Positions 19,277 through 28,421 of a stretch of 64,000 bases of DNA are shown piece by piece. Source of the stretch: a bacterium (lineage in GTDB: Bacteria; SAR324; XYD2-FULL-50-16). The position numbers and the translations under genes were made by a program. How positions within the stretch are numbered: position 1 is the first letter of the stretch; each line of letters begins with the position of its first letter. Where the stretch lies: positions 16,293-80,292 of the forward strand of contig JAJRZQ010000036.1 in assembly GCA_024275165.1 (NCBI GenBank). The letters run 5' to 3'. The notes beneath the pieces were generated by a model, which was not told where the DNA came from, ran no database searches, and was given only the letters and a program-made list of their open reading frames with translations.

Positions 19277-21088
19277 TTATAAAGGTGGCTCTCTTAGTTC
19301 GGCCCCTTCTAGGTTTGCGCCTTTTGTCCGAATCTCGTCGTAAATCGCTAAAGAGAGATCCAGTTTCTTTAAATTCGCGCCGCTGAAGTCCGCATGATTG
19401 AGATACACCCCCTGACAACGGGCTCGAACCAGGTCTGCTTGGCGAAAATTCGCCTTTTGAGCCTCCGCGTTCTCCAAGCGGGCTCGACTCAATTTGCATT
19501 GTACAAAACAAGCCTCATTGAAGTTGCCGGCGGTCAAATTGGCTCCTTGTAAATTGCCTTGGCTAAAGTCCGCTTTCAAGGCCTGTACATGGCTTAGATT
19601 TGCCTTCACCCAATTGCAGCCCTGCGCTTGTACCTCGGATAAATCCGCTCCCTGCAAAAGCCCCTTGGGCCAGTTTGTCGCTTGTAAATTCGCCCCCATC
19701 AATTTTGCCTCCTCCAGCACGATTTTCCTCCCTTTGGAAAAAGAGAGATCCGCGCGGCTTAAATCAGCTTGAGCCCACCTCGTCTTTTTTACCTTTGCTT
19801 TACTTAAACTCGCGCCGGTAAAATCGCTTTGGCTCAAGTCGGCATATTTCAGGCAGGCCTCTTCTAAGTGGGCGAAACGAAAGTCGGCCTCAACCCCCTG
19901 GGCGGATTGAAATTGAGCTTTCCGCGCCCTGCACATCACAAAACTGGCCCCCTGCAATCGGCAGTGCGTTAGCTTTGCTTCTTTTAGGTTCGCCTCCTTG
20001 AACGAGGCCCCTTGCAGGTTGGCCCCCGCTAAATTTGCCTTAGAGAGGTCCGCCCCCTGTAAAATCGCGCCGCTTAAGTTGATTTTTTTAAAAGAGATCC
20101 CACCCCAGGGCGCTTTTGGCCAGATTAATCCGCTTAAATCGCGCCCTTTCAGCCAACGGGGCTGAAGCTTAGCCCCTTCTAAATTGGCTTCTGCCCAATG
20201 GCAATGAAAGGGGGAGGCCTGTTCCCAATTTGTGGCGCGCAAATCCGCCCCCCTAAAATCCGCTCCTTTGAGCCGCGCCCCGATCAATTTAGCGGCAATC
20301 AGTATCCCTTTGGAAAAGATTGCCCCTGGAGCAAGCACGCCCCTTAAGTCTGCTCCAGTCAAATCGGCACCTGTTAAATCCGCGTGAGCCAACCGACTTT
20401 GCCCCAGCAGGGCATGGTTTAACTTCGCCCCCTGCAAACGGGCCTGGCGCAGGTCCGCCCCTTCTAAATGAGCGCTGCGCAAATGCGCCTGTTCCAGGTT
20501 CGCCCCGCGCAAATTGGCCCCTTGCAGATTGATTTGGTTTAAAATCGCCCCCTTTAAGGTTACCCCAGAAAGCTTTGCCCCCTGAAGTTGCACCCCTTCT
20601 AAATTAATCAGGTACAGGGTCGCCCCCTCTAAATTCGCCCCCTCAAGCCGGGCGTAACGGAGCATGGCGCGAGACAACAAAGCCCCCCTCAGTTTCGCCT
20701 GAGAAAGATTGGCCGCTAAGAACACAGCGCCCGTTAGGTCGGCACCGCTTAAGTCCGCTTTGACTAAATTCGCCCCCATCCACTGCGCGGCCTGCGCCCG
20801 AACCCCCTTCAGCTTGGCCTGAGCCAAGCGGCCCTTGCTTAGGTTGGCATGGGCTAGATTCGCGCCGCTCAAGTCCGCTTTTTGAAAAATCGCCCCATGC
20901 AAGTCGGCTTTAAAAAAATTAGCCCCACGCAAATCAGCACCCTGGAACACGGAAAAAGCTAAATTGGCCTCGCAAAAATCAAAGCCTCTTAGTTTTTGAC
21001 CGATAAACACGGCCCGACGGCCCTTGGTTTTATCCTCGAGCCAGTCTTGATGTTCTTTTAAAACAATAGCGATGCTTTTTCGTTCCAT
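19277..21088 (-). CDS. Giant pentapeptide-repeat protein (about 603 aa, roughly 100 consecutive A(D/N)LxG-type repeats)
   Basis: After a short N-terminus, the rest is uninterrupted pentapeptide repeats (ANLAFSVFQGADLRGANFFKADLHGAIFQKADLSGANLAHANLSKG...). I place the start at ATG 21086-21088 (MERKSIAIV); the track's TTG at 21202 is the alternative. Confidence 0.8.
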   Translation of the reverse strand: MERKSIAIVLKEHQDWLEDKTKGRRAVFIGQKLRGFDFCEANLAFSVFQGADLRGANFFKADLHGAIFQKADLSGANLAHANLSKGRLAQAKLKGVRAQAAQWMGANLVKADLSGADLTGAVFLAANLSQAKLRGALLSRAMLRYARLEGANLEGATLYLINLEGVQLQGAKLSGVTLKGAILNQINLQGANLRGANLEQAHLRSAHLEGADLRQARLQGAKLNHALLGQSRLAHADLTGADLTGADLRGVLAPGAIFSKGILIAAKLIGARLKGADFRGADLRATNWEQASPFHCHWAEANLEGAKLQPRWLKGRDLSGLIWPKAPWGGISFKKINLSGAILQGADLSKANLAGANLQGASFKEANLKEAKLTHCRLQGASFVMCRARKAQFQSAQGVEADFRFAHLEEACLKYADLSQSDFTGASLSKAKVKKTRWAQADLSRADLSFSKGRKIVLEEAKLMGANLQATNWPKGLLQGADLSEVQAQGCNWVKANLSHVQALKADFSQGNLQGANLTAGNFNEACFVQCKLSRARLENAEAQKANFRQADLVRARCQGVYLNHADFSGANLKKLDLSLAIYDEIRTKGANLEGAELREPPL

Positions 21089-21220
21089 GGGGTTCCACTT
21101 CGATCCCCCAGAGGAATAGCGTGCGGGGTTTAATGACTCGGTTTCAAAATAGCAAATTGGCCTCACTTGGCAAAGAAGGAAAAAAAGAACTTGCCTCCGC
21201 AAGCGCTCCGCTATTTCAAT

Positions 21221-21261
21221 ATGCTCCGCAGGCTGGGGCTGAGAGCCCCAGACCCCAATGG
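21221..21261. repeat. Inverted copy of the GGGGCTCTCAGCCCC-containing palindromic motif, in the 5' region of the pentapeptide gene
   Basis: Reverse complement of 13796-13831. Confidence 0.6.
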
Positions 21262-21302
21262 TTTTTTAAAATCAGAAATTATATAAGAACCTCATTAGTA
21301 AA

Positions 21303-21505
21303 GGAAACTCTGAAAAATGCGGAGTTTCCCAGCAAGACATGGATACCTTGCCAAATCAAAAAGTGTAACTTATTAAGTTGCATTGAGGTTGGGACTTTAA
21401 TTCCAACGCTTGAAATTGAAAAACTCCAAAAAGTTCCTCAATGTAGGGGCAGGTAAAGCAAAAGGAATCCCTTGCAAGACAATTCAAACTTTGGAGTTTT
21501 CCCCA
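21303..21505 (-). repeat. MITE-like element copy C (5' 80 bp conserved, 3' half diverged)
   Basis: It begins GGAAACTCTGAAAAATGCGGAGTTTCC, which is a self-complementary terminus. The first 80 bp align with 54139-54220 and with the reverse complement of the 7978 end. Confidence 0.6.
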
Positions 21506-21586
21506 AGGCCCGGAAATAAAATCGCTAAAGAAGCGCTCTCCGAATTGCAATCCTTTCGCGTATAGAGGATAATCAAAAAATACAGC

Positions 21587-22003
21587 TTAGTTTGGGCTTA
21601 AGCCAGAGCGTTGCGCTACCTTGGCTTGAAACTCAAAAATTCTCTGAATTTTTTCATTTAAGACCTGCGCGTCATAAGGCTTGGTCATATAATTCGTTGC
21701 TCCCGCTCGCATGGCCGACATGATATTTTCCGGCTCCTCATCCGCCGTAACCAATAAAATAGGTAATTGCCGCCAACGCTCATTCGCGCGAATCGCGGCA
21801 ACCAACTCCAGACCGTTCATTTTCGGCATGATCCAATCCGAAATAATTAAATCAAACTCTTCATCCTCCATTTTTTCCAAGGCTTCCACCCCGTCTTCAA
21901 CCAGTTCGACATCCATAAAACCGATATTGCGTAAAATTTTTTTAACCAGCATCCTGGTTCCTACGGAGTCTTCAGCGACTAAAATGCGAATGTCTTTATC
22001 CAT
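21587..22003 (-). CDS. CheY-like single-domain response regulator
   Basis: Receiver signatures are present: ILVAEDS, LIISDWIMPKMNG, LLVTADEE...KPYD. It is about 138 aa with no output domain. Confidence 0.85.
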   Translation of the reverse strand: MDKDIRILVAEDSVGTRMLVKKILRNIGFMDVELVEDGVEALEKMEDEEFDLIISDWIMPKMNGLELVAAIRANERWRQLPILLVTADEEPENIMSAMRAGATNYMTKPYDAQVLNEKIQRIFEFQAKVAQRSGLSPN

Positions 22004-22095
22004 GATTCATTCAATGTTTCAAACAACTTGGGTAGTGAAGAAATTCAATCTTAAATTTACCTTCTTTTCTTCCCTTTGTCATCCTTCCATGAACC

Positions 22096-24192
22096 ATGAC
22101 TGACGAACAAAAATTGCAAAACTTGCTCCATAGCCTGCAAAAAACCTTAGAAAACGCGGAACCCTCCATCCGGGTGCGCAGTCTGCAAACCCTCTTGGAT
22201 TTCAAAAGAGAACTTTTTAAAGATAAAACCATTGAGGAATTCTTTGTTGGCGATCCAAGCTTTTTTTCCCCCATCGCCCCGGACCCGGAAAGAGAAGAAC
22301 AAGAAAAAAAAACAAAACAAAAATTACTTTGTTACTTGCAACGGTTAAAAGAAACCCCTTCTTTAGTGCGTTTTTTGGTCGGTTTTGCCGAATTGGTTCC
22401 CTTTGAGGCCGGGCAAACCCTAATCTATGCGGACAAGGTTCCAGAGGGTTTGTTGATCTTTCCCGCCAGCTTAGAGGTGAAACTCCCTACAGGGGGCTCG
22501 ATTCAACGCTCTGCCGCGCTTTTAGGGGGCCTTTCCCTCTCCCAACCGCCCCGCGCCTCGCAAATCACCTGCATCGCGCGACAGGCCTGTACGGCCCTGC
22601 TCTTACCGGCTGAAAAACTGCAACCGATCTTATGTCTACACCCCGACTTACAAGAAGCCCTCTTTGATGAAATCTTGCAAGAAGAAGAACAAGAACTCTC
22701 CGACGCCTTGCGCGATGGAGGAATATGCCAAGAGCAACAACGCCAGATTCGAGCGATGATCAACAACATGGGCCAAGCGGTCTTTACCCTCGACCCCAAT
22801 GGAGAAATCGGTGAGTTCTCCGGTTTGGCGGCTCGGTTTTTAGGTTATGAAGACCTAACGGGCCGCCCCTTTGCCGATCTAGTGCTGCGTCAAAATGAAA
22901 AAAAACTCAAATCCTATTATCGCGCTTTACGCCTGCTCCATAGCGGCAACCGGCTTGATCCGGGCGTTGTCTTAAGCCTTCTTCCCGCTGAGCTTACCTT
23001 GAATGAAGCCCATTATCGCTTCCATTACCAAATCATTGAAGACATTCAAGGCTATGTCTTAAATCTCATTGTGCGGATGGAAGAGATCAGTAAAGAACTC
23101 GAAATGGCCCGGATGCGGCAAGCCGCGGAAGAAGAGCGGGAAAAGGAACAGCATATTTTAGATCAGGTTCGTAACAACATCGGCAGTTTTTTAAACCTCT
23201 TGGAATTGATTGAGGAAAATCAAACAACCTTAAAAAAGTACCAAAAAGACTTTGTCGATCCTTTACTTCCCCCCGACCAGCAGCAGACCCAAAGCTTAGT
23301 CAACAGCCTGCACACCATCAAAGGGCTTTGCAGTCAGTTTGAAATCACCCCTTTAAAAACAGCGGCCCATCAGATGGAAGGCGCGGTGCGGGCCTTTGCC
23401 TTAACCCCCTCCCAAAAAGCCGCAAGCTTTAAGGAGCAGCAAAAACAATTAAAAAAACAATACCGCTACACCCAAAGCTTAGTCGAATCCCTAGGAGAAA
23501 AGGTGCTTTCGATCTTACGAGGGATTCACTTTAGTCCTGCGGAGTTCGACCAGCTCCGCCAAGCGGTCGATGAACAAAATTGGAAGCAAGCAAAGTGGCA
23601 ATTGCAAAAAAAGATCGACCTCCCCCTCAGCGCCATTGCCGAGGGGTGGGAAAAAGATATTGCCCAATTGGCGGGGCAACTGGGCAAAGAAGTCGCCTTT
23701 GAGGTTCAAGGAGACGAAAATCTACTCCTCCCCATCGCTTGGGTCAAAACCTTAAACGCGGAATTGCGTCATATCTATCGCAATGCCTTAGACCACGGTT
23801 TTGAAACCCCCAAAGAGCGCACCCAAGCGAAAAAACCGCCCCAAGGCCAACTCCGTTTAGAGGCAAACGAAAAACCAGGAATGTTAGAACTCACCTTGAG
23901 CGATGACGGAAGGGGAATCGACTTCACTCAAATCATTGCTCTGGCCAAGAAAAAACCGGAACTCGATCAAGCCGTGATTGAGGATTTAATCCATCAAAAC
24001 GAGGCCTGGCGGATTTTATTGCTTCCTGGATTTTCCTCGGCAAAACAGCTGAGCAGCATCAGCGGGCGAGGGGTGGGCCTGGACGCGGTCGAGCAGGCTT
24101 TGGCAAAACTCGGGGGCACTTTAAAAATTGAAACTGAAAAAGGAAAAGGCAGCCGCTTCATCATCCAGCTTCCTTGGGCAGGAAAAGGCTAG
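22096..24192 (+). CDS. Cytoplasmic CheA-like histidine kinase (cNMP-binding-like, PAS, Hpt, HATPase_c; no CheW-like P5 domain)
   Basis: The Hpt motif is SLHTIKGLCSQFEI. The HATPase is NALDHGFE...DDGRGIDF...GRGVGLDAVEQALAKLGGTLKIETEKGKGSRFIIQLP. The PAS-like stretch is MINNMGQAVFTLDPNGEI. The N-terminal region has a beta-roll-like cNMP pattern (GQTLIYADKVPEGLLIFPASLEVKLP). The ORF ends right after the ATPase domain. Confidence 0.75.
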   Translation: MTDEQKLQNLLHSLQKTLENAEPSIRVRSLQTLLDFKRELFKDKTIEEFFVGDPSFFSPIAPDPEREEQEKKTKQKLLCYLQRLKETPSLVRFLVGFAELVPFEAGQTLIYADKVPEGLLIFPASLEVKLPTGGSIQRSAALLGGLSLSQPPRASQITCIARQACTALLLPAEKLQPILCLHPDLQEALFDEILQEEEQELSDALRDGGICQEQQRQIRAMINNMGQAVFTLDPNGEIGEFSGLAARFLGYEDLTGRPFADLVLRQNEKKLKSYYRALRLLHSGNRLDPGVVLSLLPAELTLNEAHYRFHYQIIEDIQGYVLNLIVRMEEISKELEMARMRQAAEEEREKEQHILDQVRNNIGSFLNLLELIEENQTTLKKYQKDFVDPLLPPDQQQTQSLVNSLHTIKGLCSQFEITPLKTAAHQMEGAVRAFALTPSQKAASFKEQQKQLKKQYRYTQSLVESLGEKVLSILRGIHFSPAEFDQLRQAVDEQNWKQAKWQLQKKIDLPLSAIAEGWEKDIAQLAGQLGKEVAFEVQGDENLLLPIAWVKTLNAELRHIYRNALDHGFETPKERTQAKKPPQGQLRLEANEKPGMLELTLSDDGRGIDFTQIIALAKKKPELDQAVIEDLIHQNEAWRILLLPGFSSAKQLSSISGRGVGLDAVEQALAKLGGTLKIETEKGKGSRFIIQLPWAGKG

Positions 24193-25532
24193 ACGGATTT
24201 CAAGCTTAAAAAAATATCCATCGCCTGCTCCCCAAAAATCTCATAGGGGTCGTAATCTTTGGCAATCTTGCGCTCTTTTTCCAAAGCGAGATCCAGCATC
24301 GGATTGGGCTTGAGGTCCTTACCGCTCCCATCGCGCACCAAAACAACCTGGGGGCGTTTTAAGTCTTTTTGCGGCACCTTTAAGACAAAACCGAGACTCC
24401 CATCGTCTAACTCCACCAAGCTGCCCACAGGGTAATAACCCATAGCCTGCACAAAGTCATCCCATACCTTTTCATCCAACTCCACACCGGCCAAGGCTTC
24501 AATAAAACGAATGGCGGCGGGGGCGGACCAAGATTTTTTATAACTCCTGCGACCAATCAACGCCTGATAGATATCAATGATGGCCAGCAATCTGGTTTCA
24601 TAAAGCATGTCCGCGTACTTAAACCCCACCGGATAGCTCGCGAAATTGGATTCATCCATTTTTACATGATGATAACCCGCTAGATTAACACAATAATCGG
24701 GCAAACCCAGTTCTTTTAAAAGCTCAATAGAGTGGGTCGGATGCGCGCGCATGGCTTCCATCTCCGGGCTATTTCTCTCAAAGCGCACCGTAGATTCTAA
24801 AATCTCTTTGGGTACCTTAGATTTTCCCAGATCATGCAAAATCGCCGCCAACAAAAGCTCATGCTCACTTTGAAAAATACCTTTTTCCCCCTTGTTTTGC
24901 ATGATCTTTTTATAGACACCTAAATAAATCACCCCGACATCCACACAATGGGCATAGGTTTGATCGCTCTGCTTCAAGCTCGCCAAACTACTCATGGCCG
25001 CGCCAAAAGAGCTTTCGATGATCTGCTCGACTAAGCCCTCGACCTCATTAAGCTTCATCACCCCCTTGGCAATGTTATCCATCAACTGCTCAACGGCCTT
25101 GCTCGCGTTTTCCCGCACCGCCACGCTTTTTTTGGCTTTCGCCACAAAGCTATTGGCTTCGCGTGCCGCCTGTTGCCGTTGCTCTTCTTTGGTGGAAGGG
25201 CGCACCAAAAATTGTTTAAAACCCTGACGCTGCAACTCACGAATCAATTTCTGGGTCACATGAACAAGATGATGCAATCGAGAGGGGAGTTCTTCCACCT
25301 GCATCAGCAGGTCTCCCTCTTTTACCTGATCCACCCGGACCACCTGCTCATTGCCACCTCGAGTCACCTTTGCCTTCGCGCCGGGAAAATTGTGAGATAC
25401 CCATTGGCAAGACTTTGCGTCCAAAAGACCTAGCTTTTCAACCAGCCCCTGGTAGGCAACAATGTTCATTCCTTCTTCTAGTTGGGCGATCCCCACCTCT
25501 TTGACATTCTCACTCATTCCATACCTATCCAT
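24189..25532 (-). CDS. HD-GYP-type phosphodiesterase domain protein with N-terminal sensor region
   Basis: HD-domain motifs are present: AAILHDLGKSKVP, HPTHSIELLKELG, and YHHVKMDESNFASYP (a degenerate GYP). Confidence 0.7.
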   Translation of the reverse strand: MDRYGMSENVKEVGIAQLEEGMNIVAYQGLVEKLGLLDAKSCQWVSHNFPGAKAKVTRGGNEQVVRVDQVKEGDLLMQVEELPSRLHHLVHVTQKLIRELQRQGFKQFLVRPSTKEEQRQQAAREANSFVAKAKKSVAVRENASKAVEQLMDNIAKGVMKLNEVEGLVEQIIESSFGAAMSSLASLKQSDQTYAHCVDVGVIYLGVYKKIMQNKGEKGIFQSEHELLLAAILHDLGKSKVPKEILESTVRFERNSPEMEAMRAHPTHSIELLKELGLPDYCVNLAGYHHVKMDESNFASYPVGFKYADMLYETRLLAIIDIYQALIGRRSYKKSWSAPAAIRFIEALAGVELDEKVWDDFVQAMGYYPVGSLVELDDGSLGFVLKVPQKDLKRPQVVLVRDGSGKDLKPNPMLDLALEKERKIAKDYDPYEIFGEQAMDIFLSLKSV

Positions 25533-25597
25533 TAAATCGAAGGAACCATAAATCTAAATCAGTTTGTATAAATTGGCAAACTCATCACTAAAAACAC

Positions 25598-26881
25598 TTA
25601 AGGAGAATTGCGGATAATACGCTCCTTGATGCGATGCACCCCATACCACACGCTGAGTAAAACCACAGGGATACTGATCGCGCTGATGATTTCCGCATTG
25701 AGCCTCAGCCCCAACTTTTCACCCCCTTTGAGTAAAATTTTGAGCAAGCTCACCATATAATAGCTGATCGCCGCGATCGAAAGACCTTCCACCGCCTCTT
25801 GCAACCTCAATTGCAGCTTCCCCCGCGCGTCTAAGGAGAGCAGCAAGGCTTGGTTTTGCTCTTCCAACCTCAGACTGATTGAGGTTCCCAATAACTCGCT
25901 TGCCTGTTCGATTCGGCCTGCCAATTCCTCAATGCGCGCTCTCACAACCCGGCAGGTTCGTTCCGCCGGAGTGAGCCGCCGCCGCAAAAAATCACCCAAG
26001 GTCAGATGACCGGCAAGCTTTTCTTCTTCCAAACCCAATAAAATTTCCTGCGCCAATTTAAAATAGGCGTCGGTGGCCCCAAAGCGAAAGGAGTGGGCAC
26101 GCAGTTCCGTCACGGCAATGGACATTTCGGTTAATTTAGAAAGTAGGCTTTGCTCGTCTTCTAAACTTTGAATCTGTTTAATCTGATCCGCCACCAAGAT
26201 CAACGAATAATCCATGCGATTGAGCGTCGGCGAAATTTGCCTCGCCAAGGGAAGCGCCAACAAAGCTAAGATGCGATAGGTCTCCAACTCCAATAAACGC
26301 TGCACCACTCGCCCCGTCTGGGCCTCGCCCAGTTGATCGCTTAAAACCAGATAGCGGCCGCAGCCGTCTTCATGGAGGTCTAAAGAAGACCAAACCTCTG
26401 CCCCACCTCGGCGTACCCGACTCCCCACAATCGCCTTGCCCGAAAAAAGCTGGTGAATGCGCTGATGATCGTATTTCTTCTGGGCCGAGTCCACCACCAA
26501 GTGCGTTGAAATCAAGAGTTTACCGGGAATCCCCTCCATCCACGCAGGAGGAATGCGTTTTAAGGGAGGATTGGAAAAGGGCTCTTGATACAACCCCGCC
26601 TCAAAAAAAGCGTAACTGGAAAACTCCCCGTGCCGCTGCCAGCGAACCCGCACAGTGCCTAAGTTTTCCGTATAGGAAAGGCAACCGGGCTCTGGGGTCG
26701 GCGCTTGAAAATCTTGGGCCAAACGGCAAAGATGGGCTCGCTCCTGCTCGGCCGTGGCCGCGCCAAAAGGGACGACCAATAAGCTAACCCGACAGGGTGT
26801 GGGCAACCTGGGGAAAGGTCTGGAATGACTCTCTTGATAGAGCGCCTCCTTTAAGGGATGCATTTTTTCCGGGCTAAGCAT
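25598..26881 (-). CDS. Hypothetical C-terminally membrane-anchored protein (DUF3422-like by recollection)
   Basis: A 427-aa ORF with a single C-terminal TM (ISAISIPVVLLSVWYGV). The family assignment rests on memory only. Confidence 0.4.
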   Translation of the reverse strand: MLSPEKMHPLKEALYQESHSRPFPRLPTPCRVSLLVVPFGAATAEQERAHLCRLAQDFQAPTPEPGCLSYTENLGTVRVRWQRHGEFSSYAFFEAGLYQEPFSNPPLKRIPPAWMEGIPGKLLISTHLVVDSAQKKYDHQRIHQLFSGKAIVGSRVRRGGAEVWSSLDLHEDGCGRYLVLSDQLGEAQTGRVVQRLLELETYRILALLALPLARQISPTLNRMDYSLILVADQIKQIQSLEDEQSLLSKLTEMSIAVTELRAHSFRFGATDAYFKLAQEILLGLEEEKLAGHLTLGDFLRRRLTPAERTCRVVRARIEELAGRIEQASELLGTSISLRLEEQNQALLLSLDARGKLQLRLQEAVEGLSIAAISYYMVSLLKILLKGGEKLGLRLNAEIISAISIPVVLLSVWYGVHRIKERIIRNSP

Positions 26882-26943
26882 CGTATTTCTCCTATAGGGA
26901 CAGTTAGTATGACGATAGCCCTAAAAAAGCGCAATGGGCTAAA

Positions 26944-27788
26944 TTACCTAGACAGGCTTTCTGCTTGCAGAGAATAGTGATCTTTCGCTAAACGAAAGGG
27001 CTGGGTCAAAAGTCGCTCAAGGCGTAATTCCTTTGGGTCTCGCAAGATCGTCAAGCCGATGGTTTCGCCCTCATGGCCCGCTGCGGGCTGGGAGTGATAG
27101 GTGCCAAAAAAATAATCCCACCAAGAAAGATTAAAACCAAAATTACTATTGGTCTCTCGGGTTAATACGGAGTGATGAACCCGATGAAAGTCCGGGGTCA
27201 CCAAGCAAAGCCGCAGGAGGCGATCAAGGCCCAAAGGAAGCTTGATGTTTCCATGGTTGAACATGGCCATGCCATTGAGCAAGACCTCAAACAAAATCAC
27301 CGCTTCAACGCTTGCCCCTAAAACCCCGACCACAACAAGCTTAATCCCCATGGAAAGGAAGATTTCTACTGGATGAAACCGCGCGCCTGTGGTGACATCA
27401 TAATCCAAATCAGCATGATGCATCCGATGGAACCGCCAAAACAGGGGAACCGCATGCGCCATGACATGCTGAAAATAGATCGCCATATCCAGCAAAACCA
27501 CAGCGAGCGCCACCTCGACCCCCTGCCCCAACGCAGCCAGTTCAGCAGGCCGAACTGATTTTGGGAGGCATAAAGCGCCATCCCCGTTGCCATCAAAGGC
27601 ATCCCCAATCGCAACAACAAACTGTTGAGCATCACCAAAGCCAGATTGTTCAACCAGCGTACCCCCTTGCTTTGGGTCAGTTTACGGCGTGGAGCAACCC
27701 CCTCCCAAACCGCCACGAGGGCAAAGATTCCAAAAAAGGCGCTGAGCCGGACCCAGGTCTCGTTTATCAGGAGAAAGTTTTCCATCAC
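26944..27788 (-). pseudogene. Fatty-acid hydroxylase/sterol desaturase-family gene split by a 1-nt frameshift in a C5/C4 homopolymer tract (about 27519-27529)
   Basis: The N-terminal part (27788 downward) gives ...LYASQNQFGLLNWL. The second frame gives VEVALAVVLLDMAIYFQHVMAHAVPLFWRFHRMHHADLDYDV...FHRVHHSV, which carries the His boxes of the family. The two ORFs overlap over 27366-27531 in different frames. Confidence 0.65.
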
Positions 27789-27896
27789 AACCGCTGCTTG
27801 AAATAAGTTTAAAAAGCTTGATTTTGGGCCATTCTTCTTGAAGGAACCTCTAAATTACAAAAAAAATTCATTCTTCCGGCAAGCAAAACAACTCTG

Positions 27897-28421
27897 CTAC
27901 AGGTTTCCCAACAGCTCCAGCAAACGACTTCCATCCTTAAAGTCTTCCTGCATCAGCACCTGCCCGGCCGGATTGAGTACCACGGTAGTGGACATGGTTC
28001 CGGAAAAGGCCCGCGTCAACGAGCCGTCGGTATCCACCAAAACCTGTGTTTTTTGATAGCCTGAGGCTTGCTGCGCCTGCCTGGCCCCCTCAATGGTTCC
28101 AGAAACAAAATCAACCAGCAGCAGCCGCGCTTGGGGGAATTGCGGCATCACCCGCAGTAGATGATCGGTATGGCTGTTGCAGACAGGGCACCACATGGTA
28201 AAATATAAAACCAAACCCTTGGCCTGGGCCGCTGCTTCCTGCAGCTTGACCTGGGCCCCTTGACTATCGGTGGCGATCAACCCCTGCAAGGGGCCTGATT
28301 GCGTTGTTGCCTCCCCTAGACGGTGATCCTTCCCGCTAGGCAGTAAATCCCCACTCACTTCCTTGCAGCCAAAAAGCCCTAGGAGCAAGAACAAGCAAAA
28401 AAGCTTTTTAATGGAACACAT
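27897..28421 (-). CDS. Thioredoxin-fold lipoprotein, TlpA/ResA-like thiol:disulfide oxidoreductase (WCPVC)
   Basis: The lipobox is MCSIKKLFCLFLLLGLFGCK. The active-site context is LVLYFTMWCPVCNSH. It is about 174 aa. Confidence 0.7.
   Translation of the reverse strand: MCSIKKLFCLFLLLGLFGCKEVSGDLLPSGKDHRLGEATTQSGPLQGLIATDSQGAQVKLQEAAAQAKGLVLYFTMWCPVCNSHTDHLLRVMPQFPQARLLLVDFVSGTIEGARQAQQASGYQKTQVLVDTDGSLTRAFSGTMSTTVVLNPAGQVLMQEDFKDGSRLLELLGNL

Noticed and set aside
19494-19821. Antisense ORFs opposite the pentapeptide-repeat gene
   Set aside because: The repetitive GC-rich repeat coding sequence generates stop-free antisense frames. There is no independent evidence for them.
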